NCBI GenBank assembly: GCA_964494235.1
Contig: CAZBQV010000001.1
Location: 1 to 39,272, forward strand
Length of the DNA stretch: 39,272 nucleotides
Source of the DNA: an uncultured Candidatus Saccharibacteria bacterium
GTDB taxonomy: Bacteria; Patescibacteriota; Minisyncoccia; Phycocordibacterales; UBA918
Reading direction: 5' to 3'
Part shown: one piece after another, positions 32,388 through 39,272 of the stretch
How positions within the stretch are numbered: position 1 is the first letter of the stretch
Layout: every line of letters begins with the position of its first letter
The notes under the pieces: model-generated
What the model saw: only the letters and a program-made list of their open reading frames with translations
What the model was told of the DNA's origin: nothing
Database searches by the model: none
Translations under genes and position numbers: made by a program

Positions 32388-33008
32388 TTATGTAGCATTA
32401 AGACATTGTGATAGTTTCTCAATGGAATCAACAGCGTCATCTCCTTTGTAAAAAATGCACGTACGGATCTTTCGGCGCTCAAGAGCAACCATGATGCTCG
32501 TATGATTGTGGATCATAACATCTCGCCACTGCTTCTCATACGAGATACCCATACTTCGCCGTATCGTACCAACCCTCACTCCATCATTTAAAGGCTCTTT
32601 GTATAAGATCATCGCCACCGCATCAGATTTCGGCATATGCGAAATCCAACGTTCAAATACTCCTGGCGACTGTTTGCTCTCATAGAGAGACAAAAGACGC
32701 TGGAGTAATCCCTCGTCAATAATTGTTTTTACCTCATGCGGTACGTGCCGCGCAGTCCATAGACGGCCACTGGTATTAAGGAAGACTGATATTTTGAATC
32801 GAAACAGACGCCAGGATTGTACTCGTGCGCATTCGCGAACCAGTGTGAAAATAAACCGCGCAAAAAAAAGAGGGTGTGCGGCCGCGAAAAAGACTGAATG
32901 AATACGGCGACTATAGGCTGGCACAGTCGACAAGAGCCCCTTCTCGATCAGACGCTCGACGACGTGTGTTTTACCAGCTCCGGGTAATCCAAAACATTCT
33001 ACAATCAT
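32388..33008 (-). CDS. P-loop NTPase of unknown function (kinase or sulfotransferase-like)
   Basis: 206 aa. N-terminal Walker A motif FGLPGAGKTHV. I recognise no other motif. Confidence 0.6.
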   Translation of the reverse strand: MIVECFGLPGAGKTHVVERLIEKGLLSTVPAYSRRIHSVFFAAAHPLFFARFIFTLVRECARVQSWRLFRFKISVFLNTSGRLWTARHVPHEVKTIIDEGLLQRLLSLYESKQSPGVFERWISHMPKSDAVAMILYKEPLNDGVRVGTIRRSMGISYEKQWRDVMIHNHTSIMVALERRKIRTCIFYKGDDAVDSIEKLSQCLNAT

Positions 33009-33823
33009 GAACGTGGGCGTGACGCTCTATAGAGATAGCTTTCGGATGCTCGATCAAAAAGGAACGGTATCCAAAATATACCGCGTGTTACCACCGAAAT
33101 CCGGTGAAGAATGTCAAATATGACACGCAGTGGTGCATACTTCACCTTCCAACGCAGCGTTGCAGGATACACAAAATTGAGCTCGAATCCCGCGTCGTTC
33201 AGTAATGCACACATCTCTTTTCGGCCGAGCTGGTCGCTATGTACGACACGATCTTGCACACCCACTGATGTGAGATATCGTCGATTTTTTGTAATCAGTA
33301 TGAGCTGACCGCCCGGACGAAGCATTTCATAAATTTTTTCGAGCGCTTCTTTTTTTTGCGCAAAGTATTCAAAGCAGCGAGAAGCGAATACAATATCAAC
33401 GTTATTCGGCGGAATCGAATCCATAAAATCCGCATGCTCAAATGTAATTTGCGAATACACTGAGAGCTTCGCCTGTGCTTGATTGAGCATTTCTTCTGAT
33501 TGCTCAATCAAGTGAAGTCGCTCAGTAATATGTGTTCGAAGTATATTTGTCCAAACACCATCACCCGGACCTATCTCAACTCCATTCCTATACGATTCAT
33601 TCCCTAATGCTCGCAGAATTGCACGCATTGTCTGACGATAATCAAACGTGCGCGCAAATGAAGAGTGCCACCGAGATGTCGTATAGCCTTCAGGGAGTGA
33701 TTTTACCTGTTGATTATAGTACGCTCGTACGTACTGATTAGCGAGTCTATCCGATTCAGTTTTTTCCATATCATCCTCCTTGTGCATACGAGAGAGTGTG
33801 GCATACCTTGCCGTCTTATTCAA
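33005..33823 (-). CDS. Class I SAM-dependent methyltransferase
   Basis: 272 aa. Contains GVEIGPGDGVWT, DIVFASRCFEYF and LRPGGQLILITK. Confidence 0.8.
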   Translation of the reverse strand: MNKTARYATLSRMHKEDDMEKTESDRLANQYVRAYYNQQVKSLPEGYTTSRWHSSFARTFDYRQTMRAILRALGNESYRNGVEIGPGDGVWTNILRTHITERLHLIEQSEEMLNQAQAKLSVYSQITFEHADFMDSIPPNNVDIVFASRCFEYFAQKKEALEKIYEMLRPGGQLILITKNRRYLTSVGVQDRVVHSDQLGRKEMCALLNDAGFELNFVYPATLRWKVKYAPLRVIFDILHRISVVTRGIFWIPFLFDRASESYLYRASRPRS

Positions 33824-34946
33824 CTCGGCCAGTTTTTATTATGCCTAAAAAAATATTAGTTCCATCCATCATCCGATCAGTACTAAATTGATCAAGTTTT
33901 TTCTTTCCGCCCTGAGCAAGGGTATCCGCATAAGTAGGGTTTTTAAGAATATCCATAATTGCTCTTTGGAGATCTGTCTTGTCGTGAGGATGAATCAATA
34001 ATCCACTTTCTCCATTATCGACTGCTTCAGGATTTCCGCATACGTTTGTTGCAATTACAGGGACGCCCGCAGCATACGCTTCCAATATTTGATGCGAGAA
34101 GCCCTCGTATGTACTATTGAGCACAAAAACATCGGCTGCGGCAAGGTACTCAATAAGCCGTTCTTTTGTTACTCGACCCAAAAAAGTGACGTGGGTATGT
34201 AGATTATGTTCAGCAACAAGCTTTTTTAGTTTCGTCTCCTCTGGTCCATCTCCAGCGAGGTACAATCTAAGGTCAGGAACGTCTTTAAGCAAAGTAGGAA
34301 TCACTTTTATAAGTTCATCAAATTTTTTCCACGGCACCATCCGCCCTGCAGAAATTATTATCCGACCCGTCATACCAAGATGCTCCCTTAAGAAACCTTT
34401 CTCAGTGTTGAGCACTTTCCCTGAAAAACTATTTGGTATAACAGTGATTTTAGATGGCGAAATATTCCAATAAGAAATTATGCCCTTCATGTACGAGCTT
34501 TGTACCGCAACAGCAATCGCAGCACGAGCAACAATACGCTCAATGCCGCGAGCGAGCATTAGGAAGAGTGGGTACGTTTTTTTTGAGACAACGAACTCAT
34601 CGAGTGTTTCGTGTATGTTGTAACGAAGTACCCCTTGTTCCCAGGCATAATCTCCACCAAGTCGAAGAAAAAACTTTTTTCTAAGTACCTTCGCTGCAAC
34701 CATTGCCGGCAAGCCGACAGAAACTGGATCTTGCGCAAATACAATATCCTTTTTATACGCTCCCCTGAAACACTTAAACAAAAATACTACATGTCGAATA
34801 ACTTTCGGTAGACTCCGCACCTCTCCGAAGGTAAGGACCGACACATCATGCCCCGACGATAAAAGACGTTCTTCGATCGTCTTTACATACGTTGCAGGGC
34901 CGCCGATGTCGGGCGGGTAGATGCCAGTGACGATGAGGATTTTCAT
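33816..34946 (-). CDS. Glycosyltransferase family 4
   Basis: 376 aa. Contains MKILIVTGIYPPDIGGPATYV and FVLNSTYEGFSHQILEAYAAGVPVIATNVCGNPEAV. Confidence 0.85.
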   Translation of the reverse strand: MKILIVTGIYPPDIGGPATYVKTIEERLLSSGHDVSVLTFGEVRSLPKVIRHVVFLFKCFRGAYKKDIVFAQDPVSVGLPAMVAAKVLRKKFFLRLGGDYAWEQGVLRYNIHETLDEFVVSKKTYPLFLMLARGIERIVARAAIAVAVQSSYMKGIISYWNISPSKITVIPNSFSGKVLNTEKGFLREHLGMTGRIIISAGRMVPWKKFDELIKVIPTLLKDVPDLRLYLAGDGPEETKLKKLVAEHNLHTHVTFLGRVTKERLIEYLAAADVFVLNSTYEGFSHQILEAYAAGVPVIATNVCGNPEAVDNGESGLLIHPHDKTDLQRAIMDILKNPTYADTLAQGGKKKLDQFSTDRMMDGTNIFLGIIKTGRVE

Positions 34947-34949
34947 AAA

Positions 34950-35984
34950 TTATGCGTAGTGAGAGAGAATGCGCGGAATAAGCGCTTCAACCGAGTGCTC
35001 TGCGAGCACTCGTGCGCGGAGCGCTGTGCTAAGCACAGAACGATCGGGCGCAGTATGCAACGACTCAATCCGATCAGCAAGTGACGCAGCATCGTCAGGT
35101 GGAAATGTGAGGCGTTCGACATACGTGCTAAATATATCTTTAAATGCAGGATTTGAGGTGATGACCGGAACTCCCGCGACGAGTGCCTCGAGACCAACCT
35201 TGTCGAGACTCCCGGTCGCACTCGGATTTGCAAAAATATCTGCATCACAAATGAAGCGCGGCACCTCCTCTGGAGAAACAGCGCCAGAAAACGCAACTGC
35301 ATCCTCAATCCCCTTTTCTTTTATGCGCGCGCGGAGCGCCGCAAAATACTCTTCATCCATGACCTTCCCTACAAATTTCGCAGTCGCATCGATGCTCCGC
35401 GCGCGCAAATGCGCAACCGCATCGATGAGCACTTCATTGCGCTTAATCGGTCCAACCCGACCCACACATACAATTCGGATACGTGAAGCATCATACGTGT
35501 CAGGACACAGTGGGAATAGATCTGTATCAATTCCCTGCCCGACAACGCGCGTTTTCGTACTCGCGAGCCGAAAGCCACTCGGTGTTGACGTAAACACGTA
35601 ATGGGTCAAAAAAGTTGCAACTCTGAGTGAAAAACTCGTCGCACCATGTGCATACCACAGACCGATACGCTTCCCGAGTATTCGCCAGAGCAATCCTCCG
35701 AGAATGACGTACACCTGATTCATGTGAACAAAGACGGCATCATACTCGTGCCGATAGGTCCACAGGTATGAAAAAAATCGACGAAGGTATGTAAATCGTC
35801 CATATCCACTTTCTTTTCCCAGCGAAAGCACCGTCACATTTTCCGGAAGTGAATGCGCACCTTCTTTCAAACAGACGACGTACACATGTTCACATACGCG
35901 AGCATATTCAGAAATCCAACGATGAAAAAAACCGAGAATCGGATCATGCTGATCAACGACTTGGGTGACTATGAGCAATCGCAT
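34950..35984 (-). CDS. Glycosyltransferase family 4
   Basis: I chose the start at ATG 35984 (MRLLIVTQVVDQHDPILGFFHRWI), 1 nt after the upstream stop. Also contains FANPSATGSLDKVGLEALVAGVPVITSN. Confidence 0.8.
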   Translation of the reverse strand: MRLLIVTQVVDQHDPILGFFHRWISEYARVCEHVYVVCLKEGAHSLPENVTVLSLGKESGYGRFTYLRRFFSYLWTYRHEYDAVFVHMNQVYVILGGLLWRILGKRIGLWYAHGATSFSLRVATFLTHYVFTSTPSGFRLASTKTRVVGQGIDTDLFPLCPDTYDASRIRIVCVGRVGPIKRNEVLIDAVAHLRARSIDATAKFVGKVMDEEYFAALRARIKEKGIEDAVAFSGAVSPEEVPRFICDADIFANPSATGSLDKVGLEALVAGVPVITSNPAFKDIFSTYVERLTFPPDDAASLADRIESLHTAPDRSVLSTALRARVLAEHSVEALIPRILSHYA

Positions 35985-35985
35985 A

Positions 35986-37458
35986 CTACGCTTGTTTCGG
36001 CTGCTCTGGAGCTGACGTCCCGTACGCATTGAGAACACAGGCTTCAATCACGTCAACAAACGCACGACGGTACGCGGATACGTCCTGCTCAACAACGGAA
36101 AAGACTTTGTTTTTCCCGTTGATCGCAAACGCGGTGCGAAGCTGATTGTTATTGAGAAAATCCCTAATACGCGACTGGAAACACATAACGTCATCGACAG
36201 GACATACAAATGCATTCACACCATCCTCGAAGAGCGCTTTTGACATCTCTCCCTCGACCGTAAGAATGGGAAGGCCCGCAGCGGCTGCGGCTGCAACAAG
36301 TAAATCCTGTTCATCGTTCGTTGTGGAGTTGATAAGCAAGTTCGCCGTCTTCATATACGAAACAAGATCATCACGTTCGGGCTGAATGATCACCCTCTCA
36401 GCAATGCCGAGCGCCGCAATCTTTTCAACGAGCTGCTCGTGCTCAGGACCCTCCCCGACAATAATGAGACCGATGGTTGGGTACTGCTGGAGATACGGCG
36501 CACAGACATCGATAATAAAATCCACCCGCGAGCGCGCATCGAGTGGTGTCACTGCGAGCATAATGAATTTAAATTGAGGATACCGCTCATGGAGATTAAA
36601 GAGCACTTCACCATCACGAAACGCCACGAGGTCTCGAAATGGCGGCAAGAACGAAATCTTATCTTTGCTTTTCCTAAACCGACGTTCAATATTTGCCTGA
36701 ATGCGTGACGAACGCACGAAGATACACGCGGCGCGCGGTATGACGAACTTCGCCGCCATGAGTCGCCAATTATTCCCGTCCTCTTCTTTGACAAAACCTT
36801 CTTCAAACGGATCAGTGAGCACCTGCACTTGAAGCGGAACTTTGTACTTGCGCGCGATGAGATATGCTGCCGCTGCTGATTCGAATGCATCGCCTGCAAC
36901 GACAATGTCGCCACGGAAACCGACGGTCGCGAGTACGAGCTGACGCTTTGCAACACCATACGCATTCAGAACGCCAAACCCATACGATCGAGAGTTGGTC
37001 GAGTAGACCCACATATTGAGCGCAACGCGGAGCGACTCAGGGAGCGCTTCGCGATTGAGGTTAATCACGATGACGTGAATCTCGTCAAAACGATCTGCAA
37101 CTTCAAGATAATCAAGCTGCGACTTGCTCCCTTCAATAAAAAAAGAAATGTCAGTCGTCACGAGCACCATGCGAAGCTTCTTTCGATCCGACGGAGCGGG
37201 GGCAGGCGGCGCAGCCTCGGCAGCTTCAGCTTCCGCAATGAGCGCCGCCTCGGCTGCTGCCTTCTCCGCTGCTTCAACACGCTTCGCTTCCTCAGCTTTT
37301 CGAAGCTGCTCGTCAAGAATCACAATCTCTCCTTCTCCACCAGCGCTCTCTTCGGCAAGCACCGCTTCAAGGCCGCGCGCTGCGCGCGCGGCTGGGTCCA
37401 CCACCCCCGCATTCTGGAGATTTTCATCCTCTGAATTTCGTGTTCCGTTCGGAGGCAT
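35986..37458 (-). CDS. GT4-like glycosyltransferase with a ~95-aa Ala/Glu-rich N-terminal extension
   Basis: 490 aa. The extension contains EQLRKAEEAKRVEAAEKAAAEAALIAEAEAAEAAPPAPAPSDRKK. The GT-B body follows (KLRMVLVTTD... IIVGEGPEHEQLVE... LINSTTNDEQDLLVAAAAAAGLPILT). Confidence 0.75.
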   Translation of the reverse strand: MPPNGTRNSEDENLQNAGVVDPAARAARGLEAVLAEESAGGEGEIVILDEQLRKAEEAKRVEAAEKAAAEAALIAEAEAAEAAPPAPAPSDRKKLRMVLVTTDISFFIEGSKSQLDYLEVADRFDEIHVIVINLNREALPESLRVALNMWVYSTNSRSYGFGVLNAYGVAKRQLVLATVGFRGDIVVAGDAFESAAAAYLIARKYKVPLQVQVLTDPFEEGFVKEEDGNNWRLMAAKFVIPRAACIFVRSSRIQANIERRFRKSKDKISFLPPFRDLVAFRDGEVLFNLHERYPQFKFIMLAVTPLDARSRVDFIIDVCAPYLQQYPTIGLIIVGEGPEHEQLVEKIAALGIAERVIIQPERDDLVSYMKTANLLINSTTNDEQDLLVAAAAAAGLPILTVEGEMSKALFEDGVNAFVCPVDDVMCFQSRIRDFLNNNQLRTAFAINGKNKVFSVVEQDVSAYRRAFVDVIEACVLNAYGTSAPEQPKQA

Positions 37459-37467
37459 ATATGGCCA

Positions 37468-37473
37468 ATTGTA
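37468..37473 (-). promoter_or_regulatory. -10-like TACAAT, 9 nt upstream of the ATG at 37458
   Basis: The minus strand reads TAG-TACAAT-TGGCCATAT-ATG. The hexamer immediately follows the upstream stop codon. Confidence 0.3.
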
Positions 37474-38625
37474 CTACACCTTATTTGCCGTGCCGCAACG
37501 CTCCATGAGCGCTGCCCATGCTTCAGCGTAGGGCCTCTGATGTCGAGCGTACGCTTCTACGGCTGCACGCGCTGCCAGTCCCATACGCTTTCGGCGCGGT
37601 GCATCGTCTAAAAGTTCCGAGACTGCCACAGATAACGCACCGACATCACCGACAGGAACAATAGCTCCATGCACTCCATCAAGAAATACCTCTCCTGCAC
37701 ACCCTACCTCCGTTACAACCGCAGGTACGCCCGAGGCCATCGCTTCGAGTATGACGCGTGCCCACCCCTCGTAAGCTGAAGAGAGGACAAAGAGATCAGC
37801 CTGCTGAAGGTACACTGGCAGATGACTCGTCCACGGAATAAATGACACGCGATCAGAAACACCGTACCGATGTGCTTTTTCCTTGAGTCGCATTTCTTCG
37901 GGACCAGAGCCGATAATGACGAGTCGCGCAGAAGAATGCACGAGACGTGAAAATGATTCGATTAAAACATCAAAGCGTTTTTGACGAACAAGCCGTCCGA
38001 TGCCAAGTATAAAAAAATCAGAATCAGGATATTTCGCGCGCAAATTTTCACTCGGAGGAATTACATCTGTTTTTAGGAAGGCCTCGGTATCGATCGCCAC
38101 TGAAAGCTCAGAAATGCGTTCGCGAGGGACGCCAACCGATACCAGATGCTCGCGTGCACGCTGTGAGACCGTACGCACACATGATGCGCGGCGCACCAGC
38201 CATGATCCAAAAATGTATCGGACGCGATTGAATAGCGATTCTCTGCGCCACCACGACGTTCCAAAAAAATCCCCATGTTCTTGTACCTGAAGCGGCACGC
38301 CGTAGCGAAGGTGGAGGAGAAATCCAACAAGTCCTGTCTCGAATGGATCTTGCGAAGAGATCAGCCACGGTTCGTCTTTGCGCGCGCGCAATATCGCTGC
38401 ACTTTTTCGGTATGCGCGGACCAACATACCAAGACGCGTAAAGGTATTGATCGGATACAGATGTAAATTGCCATCAGTCGTTTCCCCAAGCGCACTAGCG
38501 CCGTGTGCAAAAATAATCATGTGGAGCGCCTTGATTTTTCGAGCGCACGTACGCAATCGCGTACGCTCCGGATTCTCCGGATCAAATATATTTTTTCCGT
38601 AACCAATCGTGAGTACTGAAATCAT
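37474..38625 (-). CDS. Glycosyltransferase family 4
   Basis: I chose the start at ATG 38625 (MISVLTIGYGKNIF), which makes an ATGA overlap with the upstream stop. Also contains FVLSSAYEGWARVILEAMASGVPAVVTEVGCAGEV. Confidence 0.8.
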   Translation of the reverse strand: MISVLTIGYGKNIFDPENPERTRLRTCARKIKALHMIIFAHGASALGETTDGNLHLYPINTFTRLGMLVRAYRKSAAILRARKDEPWLISSQDPFETGLVGFLLHLRYGVPLQVQEHGDFFGTSWWRRESLFNRVRYIFGSWLVRRASCVRTVSQRAREHLVSVGVPRERISELSVAIDTEAFLKTDVIPPSENLRAKYPDSDFFILGIGRLVRQKRFDVLIESFSRLVHSSARLVIIGSGPEEMRLKEKAHRYGVSDRVSFIPWTSHLPVYLQQADLFVLSSAYEGWARVILEAMASGVPAVVTEVGCAGEVFLDGVHGAIVPVGDVGALSVAVSELLDDAPRRKRMGLAARAAVEAYARHQRPYAEAWAALMERCGTANKV

Positions 38626-39272
38626 GAGGTGATTTGTGAAAAAACTTTCGTCTGCATCTCGCGCGCAATCCGCGCCCAATCGTACCGCGACGCGACGAGC
38701 GTATATGCATGGCGCACAACACGCCCTACTTCTTCAGGCTGTGAAAGAATATCTTCAACCGCCCGGGCAATCTGTGGTGGACTATCCGGATCAACTGCCC
38801 AGCCTGTCGTCTCCATTTCTGGATTACGCACACGATCAAACAAGAAATCCGCAATGCCCCCAACCTGCGTACCAATGACCGGCAGCCGTGCAGCCATTGC
38901 CTCGATAAACGCATTGCCCATCCCCTCTGAACGAGACGGTCGTATGAATATGTCACATGCAGCCAAATATTCAGGGAGTTCGACGTATGCAACTTTTCCA
39001 AGAAAATGTGTTCGCGCCGTTACTTCGCATTTCTCCGCAAGCGCTTTGAGCACAGCCTCGTCCGGACCATCGCCGAGTATCAAAAAATGAACGTGCTCAG
39101 GAAGATAAGGGAGCGCGCGAATCACATCGTCAATTCCATTTTTGTGCACGAGTCTCGATGCGGTCACCAAAAACACCTCACCTTCTTTTTTTCCTATCTT
39201 CTCAATGTACGACGAGCGCGGATGTGAGAATCGAGCAACATCTACACCATTTGGAATAATGACCGGCGCACC
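38622..39272 (-). CDS. Glycosyltransferase family 4 (C-terminal part; the N-terminus lies beyond the window end)
   Basis: The frame stays open to the window edge. The reverse complement from 39272 reads GAPVIIPNGVDVARFSHPRSSYIEKIGKKEGEVFLVTASRLVHKNGIDD.... Also contains FIRPSRSEGMGNAFIEAMAARLPVIGTQVGG. The internal GTG start at 39176 in the track is an artefact of truncation. Confidence 0.85.
   Translation of the reverse strand, partial: GAPVIIPNGVDVARFSHPRSSYIEKIGKKEGEVFLVTASRLVHKNGIDDVIRALPYLPEHVHFLILGDGPDEAVLKALAEKCEVTARTHFLGKVAYVELPEYLAACDIFIRPSRSEGMGNAFIEAMAARLPVIGTQVGGIADFLFDRVRNPEMETTGWAVDPDSPPQIARAVEDILSQPEEVGRVVRHAYTLVASRYDWARIAREMQTKVFSQITS

Noticed and set aside
1-39272. Alternative genetic code (UGA recoded, as in some candidate phyla).
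   Set aside because: Long homologous ORFs are intact under the standard code. TGA clearly terminates genes at sensible ends, for example the kdsB-like ...GELT-TGA in an ATGA overlap at 20526-20529, and the overlap at 38622-38625.
1-39272. Mobile elements, integrons, or genomic-island borders such as tRNA-flanked direct repeats.
   Set aside because: No transposase, integrase or recombinase ORF and no tRNA gene was seen. The only exact repeat I found (22 nt) is internal to one gene. The AT-rich spacers are explained by promoters and terminators.

Overview
Bacterial chromosomal segment that is almost wholly coding. I call 35 CDS, 32 of them on the minus strand. The standard genetic code applies: TGA acts as a stop, including in ATGA start/stop overlaps. 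I found no rRNA, tRNA, CRISPR array, transposase or integrase.

The gene content is a giant tail-fibre-like secreted protein, membrane-tethered HTH proteins, a compact gatB-obg-secA-murB housekeeping block and many GT4 glycosyltransferases. This suggests an uncultivated small-genome lineage such as CPR/Patescibacteria, but that is inference only.

The window falls into three blocks.

(i) 1-6172: a tightly packed five-gene minus-strand operon of secreted or anchored surface proteins. It encodes two paralogous WxL-like beta-rich proteins flanking a DUF916/DUF3324-like membrane-anchored protein, then a 3xFN3 anchored protein, then a giant repeat protein. The giant protein runs off the window edge and is missing from the supplied ORF track.

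(ii) 6263-15296: two paralogous Xis/MerR-type HTH proteins carrying transmembrane segments, separated by a 362-bp AT-rich spacer. These are followed by gatB, obg, a YvlD/holin-4 family membrane protein, secA, a 37-aa lysine-rich ORF and murB. Clear hairpin terminators are present.

(iii) 15570-39272: a roughly 24-kb surface-glycan locus. It contains a Wzy_C/O-antigen-ligase-like protein with a TPR tail, a Wzx-like flippase, six GT4 genes, five methyltransferases and KdsB/KdsC-like genes. Embedded in it is a phosphonate cassette: a cytidylyltransferase-PEP mutase fusion, phosphonopyruvate decarboxylase and an Fe-alcohol dehydrogenase. A TagF-like transferase is transcribed divergently from the cassette.

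My best candidate for something new is a CMP-activated C2-phosphonate (probably 2-hydroxyethylphosphonate) glycan-decoration system. It would use TagD/TagF-type enzymes alongside an unusual two-domain dehydrogenase fusion. The second candidate is the WxL/Csc-like surface operon.

A recurrent TAnnnT hexamer lies 6-9 nt upstream of at least ten start codons that have no Shine-Dalgarno. This points to widespread leaderless transcription.
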